DNA of 64,000 nucleotides from Tubiluchus corallicola (Eukaryota; Animalia; Priapulida). Location: contig JAQGDQ010001046.1 of the NCBI GenBank assembly GCA_030141605.1, positions 1-64,000 of the forward strand. Reading direction: 5' to 3'. Below are positions 1 through 13,145 of this stretch, in pieces. A program made the position numbers and the translations under genes. Positions within the stretch are counted from its first letter, which is position 1; every line of letters starts with the position of its first letter. The notes under the pieces are model-generated. The model worked only from the letters and a program-made list of their open reading frames with translations. It made no database searches and had not been told where the DNA came from.

Positions 1-1020
1 GATTCGCTTGTGTATGTTGTGTATAATAAATACATGATTCGCTTGCGTATGTTGTGTATAATGAATACATGATTCGCTTGCGTATGTTGTGTATAATAAA
101 TACATGATTCGCTTGCGTATGTTGTGTATAATAAATACATGATTCGCTTGCGTATGTTGTGTATAATAAATACATGATTCGCTTGCGTATGTTGTGTATA
201 ATAAATACATGATTCGCTTGCGTATGTTGTGTATAATGAATACGATTCGCTTGCGTATGTTGTGTATAATAAATACATGATTCGCTTGCGTATGTTGTGT
301 ATAATAAATACATGATTCGCTTGCGTATGTTGTGTATAATGAATACATGATTCGCTTGCGTATGTTGTGTATAATAAATACATGATTCGCTTGTGTATGT
401 TGTGTATAATAAATACATGATTCGCTTGCGTATGTTGTGTATAATAAATACATGATTCGCTTGCGTATGTTGTGTATAATAAATACATGATTCGCTTGCG
501 TATGTTGTGTATAATAAATACGATTCGCTTGCGTATGTTGTGTATAATAAATACATGATTCGCTTGTGTATGTTGTGTATAATAGATACATGATTCGCTT
601 GCGCATGTTGTGTGTAATAAATACATGATTCGTTTGCATATGTTGTGTATAATAAATACATGATTCGCTTGTGTATGTTGTGTATAATAGATACATGATT
701 CGCTTGCGTATGTTGTGTATAATAGATACATGATTCGCTTGCGTATGTTGTGTATAATAGATACATGATTCGCTTGCGTATGTTGTGTATAATAAATACG
801 ATTCGCTTGCGTATGTTGTGTATAATAGATACATGATTCGCTTGCGTATGTTGTGTATAATAGATACATGATTCGCTTGCATATGTTGTGTATAATAAAT
901 ACATGATTCGCTTGTGTATGTTGTGTATAATGAATACATGATTCGCTTGCGTATGTTGTGTATAATAAATACATGATTCGCTTGCGTATGTTGTGTATAA
1001 TAAATATGCGATTCACTTGC
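1..1020. repeat. 35-bp tandem minisatellite (GATTCGCTTGCGTATGTTGTGTATAATAAATACAT)n, runs off the left edge
   Basis: About 29 near-identical units directly visible. Confidence 0.97.
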
Positions 1021-2488
1021 CCATTGTCTTTTAAATGTTCAATTTAGAAGAGAGCAATCTTGATCAAACAGCCAATCGAGTCATTTGCTGTATCATAATT
1101 CTGTAACTGGTGCCCTCTAGTGTTCAGCTTAAGAACTATTTTATGAAACCGATTGTCATGAAAGTAATTATGTTATCGAGTGGAAAGATTTCCAACTGTC
1201 TTTACAACAACAATAATATGATTTACATGTGGTTTCATGGACTTTCAGTTGTTTAGCATAAATAAAATTGACGTTTTATCATAAACACAGAGTTTTTATA
1301 ATGGCTTGAGTATTATTAGTTGAATACAATCGTAGCTAGACCCAGGATGGATCAGAGTAATTGGTTTGAAGAAACCAAAAAACTTGAAATTTAGTTTTAA
1401 GATTATATTCTGACGTAAACAGAACGTTTATATGCCTACGTAAACAGTGAAGTAGTGTCGTGTTGAAAAACAGAAAACCAAGTGACCAAAACCACAGATG
1501 AAATCATTTAGGTGTGAAAACAGGTTTAGAGATTATGCATTCATAAAGACTGTAGAAGCCAATGAAAACTTAAACAGTAAAAAGATAGATTTAACAATTT
1601 TAACAAGAACACCTGAAGGTGGCAGCACTATGCAAAACTCAAAAAAAGTATGATGACAACATAAATTTAAATTTAGAGTAATTAAAATGATTTTCTTCTG
1701 TCCAGTAATGTTATATTTTCATTTGTTCATTGTGCAAGTTGCATATATAGAGCCTAGTAGATGTACACTTATTCTTAGTATAGTAAGTCCTCGCTTAATG
1801 ACACCCCGTTTAACGACGGTTCGTTTAAATCGTGCCGATGTTTTACACATTTTTTTCACTTGATGCACGTCTCGGTTTAACGACGATTTTTTTTTTTACT
1901 TTATTCAAGGCTAGTTTTTATTCTATCAACAACATTTTCAACATTTTTATTGTATCAACAACTAATATGATTTTTTGTAATTGTAATTTATTGTAATTTA
2001 TTATCACTCAGCATGTATTTTTACATTACAATTTGCATCATTATCTTTAACTATTATGCCCTATAACTAGAAAATGAAACAATAATTGTAACAGAACTAC
2101 ATTAGTATACTATAGCATGATACAGTTAGGGAAAAAATTCCAAATATAATTACAAAAATTTAACAGAAGTATATTAATATAGTTAGGGAAAAAATTCCAA
2201 ATATAGTTGCAAAAATTTAACAGAAGTATACTAACATAGTTACTAAACTACATAATAGTTTGTCAACAAGAAATAGATGCTGCATGATGCACTAAATATA
2301 AGTTGAGCAAACCAAAAAAATGTTGCCTTTTCCTTTAACCTCGAGAAAATGTTTTACCTTAATTTGTCGCTTCATCGTAATGCAGAACAGGGTTATAAAG
2401 TACATCACTAGAATCGAATAACAACTAAATAAGTCGAGCAAGCCAAAAAAATGTTGCCTTTTCCTTTAACACAGAGAAAATGTTTTAC

Positions 2489-2624
2489 CTTAATTTGTCG
2501 CTTCATCGTAATGCAGAACAGTGTTATAAAGTACATCACAAGAATCGGCCAAAAAACCGGGATGTTGAAGGCGTCAAAAAATGTGCAAACCATCGCTATG
2601 AGAATTCCCTTCGTGGCTGAATAC
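2489..2624 (-). CDS. RER1: RER1 (retention in ER 1) coding exon 5: (W)YSATKGILIAMVCTFFDAFNIPVFWPILVMYFITLFCITMKRQIK
   Basis: Hallmark Rer1 motif FxxPVFWPILVMYF...TMKRQIK; ttttccag acceptor and gtaaaa donor; phase matches exon 4. Terminal exon (HMIKY...) not found in the window. Confidence 0.95.
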
Positions 2625-3565
2625 CTGGAAAAATAATTACAAATGTTGACTGCAGGTGGCGACACAAAAAAAAACAATTAGGAATGTTAACTACAGATGT
2701 CACTGTGAACAAAGACGGATGCAAGTGATGAACAATGCACACAGTATGCTGAATATCTGGAAAAATAATTACAAATGTTGACTGCAGGTGGCGACACAAA
2801 AAAAACAATTAGGAATGTTAACTACAGATGTCACTGTGAACAAAGACGGATGCAAGTGACGAACAATGCACACAGTATTGTACAGGCACATCTCGGTTTG
2901 CCAGAAATCGCCGAATTTGCCGAATATCCGTATTTAGCCAATTGTAAGCTAATATTCGCCGTGTATTAGACTCATGGTAACGTAGAATCAATTGCCTAAT
3001 TGTCTCACAAATGCCTTGTACGGGCCACTTCTGTGCAAAAGTATGTAAAAAACTGTGTGCAATTATTAGACTCACGGTAATGTAGAATCAATTGAAAAAT
3101 GATTAGTACGGGGGCCGGTCCTGACACACAAGGCACACACGTGTCGTTACACGCTACTTGGTTACACTGTTGTAATGATGTAAACAAAGTGAGGTCCACC
3201 AACTAGAGGTCAGCTCGTGAAACAACGGACTGTATCCGTAGTATGTGGGACATTTTAAAGGTCCAGATTTTGTGCATTTTTTCCGATATCTGTAAAAGCG
3301 AGTTTTGACAAACCGAGATATTAGTGCGCACACTACAACGATAGGAATACACTTTGTTAGCACTAAAACCTGCGAAAACAGACGGAATGAAACGCTATCT
3401 GACAGTTCATAACAACAAACCGCCTTCACGTGAAAAATGTTATGCAATCTTAGCAAAAACGAAAAACGTGAAATGCAACAAAATGTGTTCTTCGCTTTCA
3501 CACCAGGAGCGCCACCTTTCGTGTCTCGCTAATAACAGTGAAACTCTACTGGGAAAAACACGTAC

Positions 3566-3644
3566 CAAAACTTGAACTCGGGCAGTCGTCGTATGAAAGG
3601 TCGGAATTCCTCGTTTTGTTTTGTCGGCAACTCCGGCCCCTCGT
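3566..3644 (-). CDS. RER1: RER1 coding exon 4: (D)[25 protein letters not shown](W)
   Basis: Rer1 motif [16 protein letters not shown]; tttcag / gtacgt splice sites; 79 nt, phase-consistent. Confidence 0.95.
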
Positions 3645-4624
3645 CTGAAACCATAAGAAATCTCAAGTTAGAACTTGTTTACAACTTAGAGCTTGTTTGT
3701 TTATTTCACATCAACACAAATACACAATTAATACATTAAAAGAAACAAAAAGTTATCAATAATTCAATGAGTAACAAACAGTAAGATACATAACAGGAAA
3801 CAAATTTTGGAAAAAATCATTTAAACTGTCTGTAGATGTAGGTCAACCTATGGTAAACAAAGATAGTGATATCGCTACTTCCTTTAATACTGGTGTCTAA
3901 ACAACGTTATGTACAGCATCATTACAAATATACTAACTTGACTAAAATAACCTAACGTGGGGTTGAAAGATAAACAAGAGAATTATCGCTGTTGTATATT
4001 GCTTAGTAAATTCGTATACAGTTTACTTTGAGCACATAACTGGTTTACATATACCATAGTTTAGGTTTGCTATATACACAAATGTAAATGTGTTGCAGGC
4101 AATCAAAAAACAGGGCTTGTTAGATTGTCCCACACTGTGAAAGAAAAATAATCTGAAAATTTAAAAATGAAGCATCTTGACTGTTCTTATCTTTATTCTT
4201 CGATCTCAAAAGAATTGACCGATGAAATTTCAAATACCCATACCAGCTACGATTACGTAGCAGAGTTATTGAATTTGGAAAAAAATGTTGAACTTTTTTC
4301 AATTCAATTCAATTTTTTGTTTCGTACTGATCTGGTTTCAAAGTTTGCAGTTGAAGTAAAAAATTCAGAAAGACACTGTCATTTATTAACCGTTCGTTGT
4401 TCAAATTTACACAGCAAATTGCCCGGCGACCATGATCATTTGTAGGTGCAAACGTTACAAAGGATAAAAGGCGTATCTTTTCTTAACTGGGTGCTGGCAG
4501 TCATTTTTATTTTAAGAATTCGTTTTTTTCTCATCACTAGTAGCTTAAAACAAACTTTTTACTATCATTTTGCTCCGTTCTAGGAATTTAACGAAACCGT
4601 TAGAAAGAACAGCTTAGCATAAAG

Positions 4625-5125
4625 CAGGGGTGTGCAAATTGCGGCCCGCGGGCCACTTGCAGCCCACCGAGAGAATTTGTGCGGCCCGCGAAGAGATTTA
4701 TCAACCTAATGAAAGTGCGGCCCGGGCGATTAATTGAATGTATCCAGCTGAAGTCCATGCCACAATCTCAAAGATAGTGCGGGTAGTTTTTTCTACTAGA
4801 TCGGATGCCATTAACCCTTACAAGACGGTTGTAGCTTAATGTCACTGTACTACACAGACTGTGTGATACACATTACTAATATGCATTGTAATGAAATTAC
4901 CACTATCTGTTCTGAAAGTAGAAATATATGGTTTGTAATATAAATTTTAATAACTTCTAAAATAGTTTCTTGAGTGTAGTAGTAACGATGTACGCAGGTC
5001 GAATGCAAAACAAATCGTTATTAGGCCTTTCTGTACTTGGCTCCTTGATCAAACTGCCTGTGGCCCGCAGGAATTGTGGGAAAGTTTAATGTGGCCCAGC
5101 TAGTCAGATAATTTGCACACCCCTG
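4625..5125 (+). mobile_element. hAT-type MITE, family CAGGGGTGTGCAAA, copy 1
   Basis: TIRs CAGGGGTGTGCAAA...TTTGCACACCCCTG and 8-bp TSD GCATAAAG on both sides. Confidence 0.92.
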
Positions 5126-5175
5126 GCATAAAGAAAAACTACGAGCTCGCAATTTGGGGCCACCCTGTAGCGTAC

Positions 5176-5281
5176 CTGATTCGTCTAAATACTCCAACGC
5201 TGGATCGATTTTAGGAGTTAAGAAGGCTATAAACAGATTCAAGTGGTAAATTCCCAGAGCGTATGTGACTATATACCATCC
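5176..5281 (-). CDS. RER1: RER1 coding exon 3: GWYIVTYALGIYHLNLFIAFLTPKIDPALEYLDES
   Basis: Conserved Rer1 segment GWYIVTYALGIYHLNLFIAFL; tttacag / gtacgc splice sites. Confidence 0.95.
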
Positions 5282-5732
5282 CTGTAAATAAAACTAGCTG
5301 AAATAAAAGCTATAACAGAACTAAAATGCAAAAAAGCAAATGTAATTGGTGTTGTCAGCAAAGCACGAGGCTAGCAAATGCTTATCAAAAACCGTTTTAA
5401 TTTGACAGAAAGTAAAATGTAAGTATATCAAGTTAACGGGTCTTTGTCCGAGGCAAACCACTTTTATAAAAAAAATTTACAAATTACGCTGAAATGCAAA
5501 TAAGACATGATAAAACATATTATGAATAATGAAACATCTAGATATTCCGCTGAAATATGTTTTGTTAAATCACTTCACTTCCCGTAAGACAAGAATCCCC
5601 CGTCTTGAAAATGCTTTTTCTGACAGCCCAGTACTGTCGTGCTTAACATGTAAATTAATTGAAACATATGCCAGTAACAATGATAACTGTACATGTCAGC
5701 CACACTTCATGAATCAGACAACTGAAAGTAAA

Positions 5733-6207
5733 CAATGGTGCTGCTTCTGTTGACTAAAAAGTCAATATATAGGCCACAAAATGGTGCTGTCCTCTGTTGA
5801 CTAAAAAGTCAATATGTAGGCCACAAAATGGTGCTGTCCTCTGTTGACTAAAAAGTCAATGTGTAGGCCACAAAATGGTGCTGTCCTCTGTTGACTAAAA
5901 ATCAATATGTAGGCCACAAAATGCTGCTGTCCTCTGTTCACTAAAAAGTCAATATATAGGCCACAAAATGGTGCTGTCCTCTGTTGACTAAAAAAGTCAA
6001 TATATAGGCCACAAAATGGTGCTGTCCCCTGTTGACTAAAAAGTCAATATATAGACCACAAAATGGTGCTGTCCTCTGTTGACTAAAAAGTCAATATATA
6101 GGCCACAAAATGGTGCTGTCCTCTATTGATTAAAAAGTCAATATATAGACCACAAAATGGTGCTGTCCTCTGTTGACTAAAAGTCAATATATAGGCCACT
6201 AAATGGT
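5733..6207. repeat. 47-bp tandem minisatellite, about 10 units
   Basis: Unit AAATGGTGCTGTCCTCTGTTGACTAAAAAGTCAATATATAGGCCACA. Confidence 0.95.
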
Positions 6208-7319
6208 TTATTAGGTTTTGACGTAACATTAGCTAGGTGGTACTATTAACACAGCTGGAAACAGGAGAAGTCTAATTAAATACCAGAAAGGTGCGACAGG
6301 TAAAACAAACGCGTAGAGTGGCACCCAGTGAATTTGCGTACACACTATTATGATTAACGCAAATATGTGTACAAACGTAATCGATTACAACGCATTGGCA
6401 TTGTAGTATAAAAGTGGTCAGCTGAAATAATATTCATTCTTTCCGCATGGCCAGCTATATTATGACTGTATAATACCAATCAGCTAAAGTTTACGATTCG
6501 ATCTTCCAAAGTAAAGAATGTCACTTGCATCATTTCTCAAAACTTGCGCGGTCGTTTATTTCCTCGAATGTTTTTTCGTCGAAGGAACGTCGTGTAAAAC
6601 TAAAACAAGGAGCGAAAATGGCAACAACTCGTGTAAGCAGTACAGTTTAGATGCGCTTCATAATTCTTTATTGTAGTTCTGTTTCGCATATTGTACAGAG
6701 TGCGCGATTGTGGTATTATGGGATTAGTCTGTGCTGCCATCTACACTCTAATTGTACAAAGTTTGTCAGAGAGTGATTTTTTGTTTCTAAATATTGTTTC
6801 CTTTTGCCTTTAGAAATAGTCATTAATCAGAGTAATTAGATTGTTAATTTCACGCTTTAATTCTGGTTCTGACTCTCTTATTCAAGTTTAAATAGAGAAA
6901 ATTTATAACATTATAACACAGCTTTCTGTAAACCAATAATCTTTATTCTGCTATCAAAGAAGCCTAGTAGACTTTGATTTTGGTTTGACTAGTAGTCTGT
7001 AGAGTATAGGTGACCTTCTATCTATGGTCTGTATGCATGAATGTAATGTACCTTCCAATAGGAACTTGAATCTCTGGTCATGTGATTAGGGCTTTATTCT
7101 CTCAGGCATGCAAGTTTCAGTTGATCAAAAGACAGCAATGTTAAAAGTTATGTTTTTGAGTGCAAGGTTTTCTCAATAAATTATCTGTTGCTTTTATGCC
7201 ACTGTGTGTGGAGAGAATTTTTATGCAATGAAACAAGTTATTCAGTTATTCTACATTCCACCATCATCTGTGACCATTGTTTAAGTTTCGCAATAAAAAA
7301 TGATTGCAAATTTCTACAG

Positions 7320-8599
7320 ATGCGCTTCACGGTAAAAAGTCCAGAACACAAAGTTCTTTGCTCCACGGAGAGTTGCTTCGAGTGGGCGTGTGGAGAGACG
7401 ATCCGACGAAACCGTATCTAGATCAGCTGCTTACGATGCTCAGCCGAGCGGCAAACTTCACGTACAAGGTCACGTACATGAGATACTTGAAAACGCCAAA
7501 AAATGCAATCGATACAGGAGAATTCGACTTGTTACTGGGATTAACCGCGATGATACCAGAAAGAACGAAAAGTATGACGTTTCTTCACCCATTCGCTTAT
7601 AATTCTCACGTATTTATCACAAAAAGACATCGATTACAAGGTTTTAGCATAATAGACCCGTTCACCACGCCCGTGTGGCTGTTTCTGCTTGTATATGGCA
7701 CCGTAGTGGGGACAATACTCTACTATATTGACTACAGCAACAAGTTTTTATGCAACGAGGAAGGGATTACAAAATGCAACAACCATCAAAGAAAACGGGA
7801 AAACCGGATGATAAAGAACGGAAGAAAACGGGAAACCCCGATGATAAAGAACGAAAGTAATGCGTACTTTACTCGGTTCACACTGTCGTCGTACCTCCAA
7901 CAAGGTACGACATATTTACCACGATGTTTATCTGCTAGGATGCTTATCGGATGGTGGTGGATTTTTGCCTGCATCATCACCGCCATATATACGGGCACGG
8001 TGGTCAGTAAACTATTCGTCAGCAAGCAAGTCCATCCCTTCTCTACGCTGCAAGAGTTGATAGACAGCGACGTGATTCCTGTCACGGTAGGCGAACACAG
8101 CCCCACGACGCAAATGAGAAACCGACCGGAATTCAGACAACTGTGGCAGAGAATGAAAGCGGATGCTAACGTACCTGCCGACAATGCAGAAACGGCGTTA
8201 GAACTGACAGCTACCGGAAAATACACTTACTTTGAAGAAGGCACCTTTGCAAAGTTCTTTTTAATTAAGGATTATGAATTAACCGGAATGTGCAGATTTT
8301 CCGTCTCACTGTGTTTGAGTCTTTCGTCGCCAACAGCATTAGTTGTACCAAAGAATAGTAACTATACAGAAGTCCTAAATTTTGCTCTTGTTACGTTAAA
8401 AGAACACGGTCTTGTGGACAAACTGCTACAACAGTTATTGCAGCCATTTAAAAAATGTTTAGACCCCCCTGTTCAACATGTTGGCACACTATCAATTAAT
8501 GTGGAGCAACTTAACGTAGTTTTTTGGGGGCTGATATTTGGAATCGGTGTAGCATTGTTTACGTTTATTAGCGAGTTTGCTTACAAGAAGTTTACGTGA
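7320..8599 (+). CDS. Divergent ionotropic receptor (IR / iGluR-like), main coding exon; nested antisense in RER1 intron 2
   Basis: S1 segment (GEFDLLLG...ER...FLHPF), M1 (PFTTPVWL), pore (LQQG..LP...SARMLIGWWWIF...AIYTGTVVSKL), S2 (PFSTLQEL...PKNSNY) and C-terminal TM helix. The ORF-track start is TTG; a tttctacag acceptor ends at 7319, so the 5' exon is unidentified. Confidence 0.85.
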
Positions 8600-8860
8600 A
8601 ATGCACGTAAATGCAGGTCGTGACACGACTGAGATTTGAACTAGGGTCTTTTTGCTTACCCGGCCAAGGGGTAACTGCTTTATTACTGGTTAATTTGGTT
8701 AATTTGACTTCATCAAAGTTTTTTTACCTATACTGTTTCTTTTTGTTTCAACAATATTGTATGTTGATGTATTGTATAAGTATTGCTGGAGTGAAATAAA
8801 TTGATTGATTGGTTGATTGACTGATTGATTTATTTATTGATTGATTGATTGAGCACTTAC

Positions 8861-8965
8861 TTGTAATAAAAACACCCTCAGACAGTAAATGAATCCTAAT
8901 GCAACAGTTGATAACCATCGTATCGTCATGTATGGCACAGAACTATCAAGTAGGCTTTGACAAAT
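8861..8965 (-). CDS. RER1: RER1 coding exon 2: ICQSLLDSSVPYMTIRWLSTVALGFIYCLRVFLLQ
   Basis: Matches the Rer1 N-terminal pattern xQxxLDxxxPYxxxRW; tttgtgtag / gtaagt splice sites; 105 nt. Confidence 0.92.
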
Positions 8966-9615
8966 CTACACAAAAAACCAAACAAATCACGAATATGAAG
9001 CAGTTCAACTATGAGATGTTTTACATACATATGTATATCGCTGACTCACCCTCCAGGGTGCACCACTCGCTAACCAAAAACGTATCTTAGCATTTCGCTT
9101 ACCTGCTTGAAAGATTACGAAACAACAAAAGAAAATTATTCATTATTTAAAATACTTTCACCAATTGATAAAATGTCGCTGACTCACCCTCCAGGGTGCA
9201 CCACTCACTAACCAAATAACTTATTTTTAATCTTATTGACAAGATACAGTAATTTTAAATTTTATTTAGTTAGTAACGTGTGTGCTACGAATACTCTGAC
9301 TATTTTTATAAACTTTATGCAATATGACCTAAACTTGTTTCAAAGGATTTATCGTCAAAATGGCTGCACCTAACGTCCGTCGTCATTTTGAAAGCATCAG
9401 CATTTTGTTCGAAATATTTTTTTATCACACACCTGGCCGAGAATTTTAAGAATTTTTGTACGTTCACAAACTTACTTGACGTAGTCATATAAGAACATAT
9501 TTTTTAAATTTAAAATGTCTTAATTATAAATTTACATTAAGAAAGTCTTCTTTTGAAAATATGAGCATCAAGAAACAATTATCTGAATCGCGAATCTGAA
9601 AATCTTTACGTAACG

Positions 9616-10036
9616 CAGGGGTGTGCAAACTAGCCGGGACACATTAAACTTTCCCGCAATTCCTGTGGGCCACATGCAGTTTGGTCAAGGAGCCAAGTAC
9701 AGTAGGACGTAATAACGATTTTCTTGCATCCGATTTGCACACATCATTACTACTGCACTACTACACTCAAGAAACTATTTTAGAAGTTATTAAAATTTAT
9801 ATTAAAAATCATATATTTCATCATGTCCGACAGTGACATTAAGTGACAACGGTCTTGTAAGGGTTAATGGCAGCCGATCTAGAGGAAAAAACTACAATAT
9901 CTTTGCGATATTGGTGCAGACTTCAGCTGGATCGCGTACGCCGCACTTTTAGTACGTTGACAAACCTCTTCGCGGGCCGCACAAGATCTCTCGACGGGCC
10001 GCAGGTGGCCCACGGGCCGCAGTTTGCACACCCCTG
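9616..10036 (-). mobile_element. hAT-type MITE copy 2 (opposite orientation)
   Basis: Same TIRs; 8-bp TSD ACGTAACG. Confidence 0.92.
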
Positions 10037-10078
10037 ACGTAACGTCTATTTTTGCATAAAATCTCTCAGTTGACTCAC

Positions 10079-10156
10079 CTGTGTTACACGCCTGTACAAT
10101 CTGACGAATATCGATGGTTGTGGTTTTGCGGACGAATCTTCAGCTACCGAATTCAT
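10079..10156 (-). CDS. RER1: RER1 coding exon 1: MNSVAEDSSAKPQPSIFVRLYRRVTQ
   Basis: gccATG context, gtgagt donor, phase 0 into exon 2; resembles the Rer1 N-terminus (KPS...RF...Q). Confidence 0.85.
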
Positions 10157-10189
10157 GGCGTCGAGCAGGAAAAGCGAGAAGGTGTCAAA

Positions 10190-10546
10190 GAAATGTTTCA
10201 ATTCGGACACGGAAATGTTTCAATTCGGACACGGAAATGTTTCGATTCGGACACGGAAATGTTTCAATTCGGACACGGAAATGTTTCAATTCGGACACAG
10301 AAATGTTTCAATTCGGACACAGAAATGTTTCAATTCGGACACGGAAATGTTTCAATTCGAACACGGAAATGTTTCAATTCGGACACGGAAATGTTTCAAT
10401 TCGGACACGGAAATGTTTCAATTCGGACACGGAAATGTTTCAATTCGGACACGGAAATGTTTCAATTCGGACACGGAAATGTTTCAATTCGGACACGGAA
10501 ATGTTTCAATTCGGACACGGAAATGTTTCAATTCGGACACAGAAAT
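10190..10546. repeat. 22-bp tandem repeat (GGAAATGTTTCAATTCGGACAC)n, about 16 units
   Basis: Directly visible; it explains the three repetitive plus-strand ORFs at 10052-10631. Confidence 0.96.
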
Positions 10547-10659
10547 GCTCACTTACAAGACAAACCTGAAAAAAGGAAAAGAAAGTTTGGCACTAATGTC
10601 AATTTCTGACAAAAATATAAAACAATATTAAATATTTAACAAATAATAATATATAATAT

Positions 10660-10850
10660 ATAACATAACATAACATAACATAACATAACATAACATCACA
10701 TCACATCACATAACATAACATAACATAACATAACATAACATAACATAACATAACATAACATAACATAACATAACGTAACATAACGTATCGTAACATAACA
10801 TAACAAAGATAACAAAACATAACATAACATAACATGATACAATACAATAC
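10660..10850. repeat. (TAACA)n microsatellite
   Basis: Directly visible. Confidence 0.95.
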
Positions 10851-12095
10851 TGTTTTCGACCATAATTTGTTCCTAAAAAGTGTTTGAAAACCGATTTGGT
10901 TGAGTACCGAACGATTTATTCTCATAAGAAATAAAGTAAAAGCAAATAATCCATTCTCAAGCACCAAATGAACTGTAAAGTATTACTAAAACGAAATTTA
11001 ATAATGCAAAAATGTTTGATTCAAACAGTAGATGTGATATTATTGATAAGAAAAACATAATAGAATTACTTTGAAAGAAAACATAATTATTCCTGCATGA
11101 AAAGGCGGAGAAAAATAAGCGTAGAAAGCACTTGGGCAATTCAAATCTTGTACGTGACTACTCGCGGGCGTGGTCGATTACCCTCGGCTCTACTCGGCTC
11201 GCTGCGCATGTGTTCATCACTTGTTTGGCGGTTGATCCAGTACCGAAATTCTGGTTGAGAGCGGAGACAATTTCAGCTAGAATTTTCTGATCGAAAACCG
11301 ATTTGTACGAGTACAGAGACATTCGACAACGGAGGTATGACTGTATATATATATATATATATGTGTGTGTATATATAAAACCGTATATTATATAACATTA
11401 TAATATAAAAGTATTTAAAGGGCAACGAAAGGAAATTTTAAAGTATAACCCAAAAAACTTTCCATACAAGTTATATTATGTAGCATTAAATGAAGGCAGG
11501 ATGATTTTTTCATATACTACCCCATTTTCACGTCGGTTTAAAAGTACAATACATTTTAACACAATTAATACAGCAAAAGCGTTTCTGGTAATTAAATAAG
11601 AAGATTAAAGACTTAATTAACGTCGGGCGAACACAACTGCTGATGACATCACAAACTAACATAATTTTCAACAGCAAAAATATTCCACAAGCGCGTTGCA
11701 CGTGTCTGCGAAAGCGAAAATTGAAGTACAGTGCTACTACAAGTGTGCTGTAGTAATAAAACTAGGCAAGTTTTAAGATAAAAATTCAAATGTCAAATTT
11801 ACCACTGTACTCATGCATGAGTTGTCGAACATGTGTAGTCCATCACAAACTAACACATCTGAACTGAGATGTACAGCACCAGTTTTGTGCAATACCATTC
11901 TAACTAGTAAATGGCGAAATTCATGTAATGTGAAATTGTGTTTGTGTGGTAAGAATTCTTTCACGTAAATCATTTTTCAAAAAAATAGTATGTTTCTTTT
12001 CAATATTTTAAAAAGTAGATTGTTCTGACCTACAGTACGAGATTAGGTCAGATTTTGCTCTAAACTCACTTAAATGAAACACTTACGTAATTGGA

Positions 12096-13145
12096 AAAGT
12101 AGGACACGTCTGCTAAAGCGAATGTGTTAAATTTGTGGAAAAGCAGTGTCGTACATGGGCAGCCTAAGTAGGACACTTCTGCTAAAGCGAATGTGTTAAA
12201 TTTGTGGAAAAGCAGCGTCGTACATGGGCATCTCAAGTAGGACACTTCCGCTAAAGCGAATGTGTTAAATTTGTGGAAAAGCAGTGTGGTACATGGGCAG
12301 CTCAAGTAGGACACTTCCGCTAAAGCGAATGTGTTAAATTTGTGGAAAAGCAGTGTCGTACATGGGCAACCCAAGTAGGACACTTCCGCTAAAGCGAATG
12401 TGTTAAATTTGTGGAAAAGCAGTGTCGTACATGGGCAACCCAAGTAGGACACTTCTGCTAAAGCGAATGTGTTAAATTTGTGGAAAAGCAGTGTCGTACA
12501 TGGGCAACCCAGGTAGGACACTTCTGCTAAAGCGAATGTGTTAAATTTGTGGAAAAGCAGTGTCGTACGTGGGCAACCCAAGTAGGACACTTCCGCTAAA
12601 GCGAATGTGTTAAATTTGTGGAAAAGCAGTGTCGTACATGGGCAACCCAGGTAGGACACTTCTGCTAAAGCGAATGTGTTAAATTTGTGGAAAAGCAGTG
12701 TCGTACGTGGGCAACCCAAGTAGGACACTTCCGCTAAAGCGAATGTGTTAAATTTGTGGAAAAGCAGTGTCGTACATGGGCAACCCAAGTAGGACACTTC
12801 TGCTAAAGCGAATGTGTTAAATTTGTGGAAAAGCAGTGTCGTACATGGGCAAGCCAAGTAGGACACTTCCGCTAAAGCGAATGTGTTAAATTTGTGGAAA
12901 AGCAGTGTCGTACATGGGCAACCCAAGTAGGACACTTCTGCTAAAGCGAATGTGTTAAATTTGTGGAAAAGCAGTGTCGTACATGGGCAAGCCAAGTAGG
13001 ACACTTCTGCTAAAGCGAATGTGTTAAATTTGTGGAAAAGCAGTGTCGTACATGGGCAGCCCAAATAGGACACTTCCGCTAAAGTGCATGAGCTAAATTT
13101 GTGGAAAAGCAGTGTGGTACATGGGCAGCCCAAGTAGGACACTGG
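12096..13145. repeat. 69-bp tandem minisatellite, about 15 units
   Basis: Unit AAGTAGGACACTTCTGCTAAAGCG...GTACATGGGCAACCC; explains the 360-aa repetitive ORF. Confidence 0.96.

Noticed and set aside
1-1020. CRISPR-like appearance of the 35-bp repeats (also the 22-, 47- and 69-bp arrays)
   Set aside because: Head-to-tail units with no unique spacers, no cas genes, and a eukaryotic context
9095-9140. Apparent RER1 exon ending in CAG/GTAAG
   Set aside because: Part of a Kolobok-like repeat fragment; the true exon 2 is 8861-8965
10052-10631. Three overlapping plus-strand repeat ORFs
   Set aside because: Translation artefacts of the 22-bp array, antisense to the RER1 start exon
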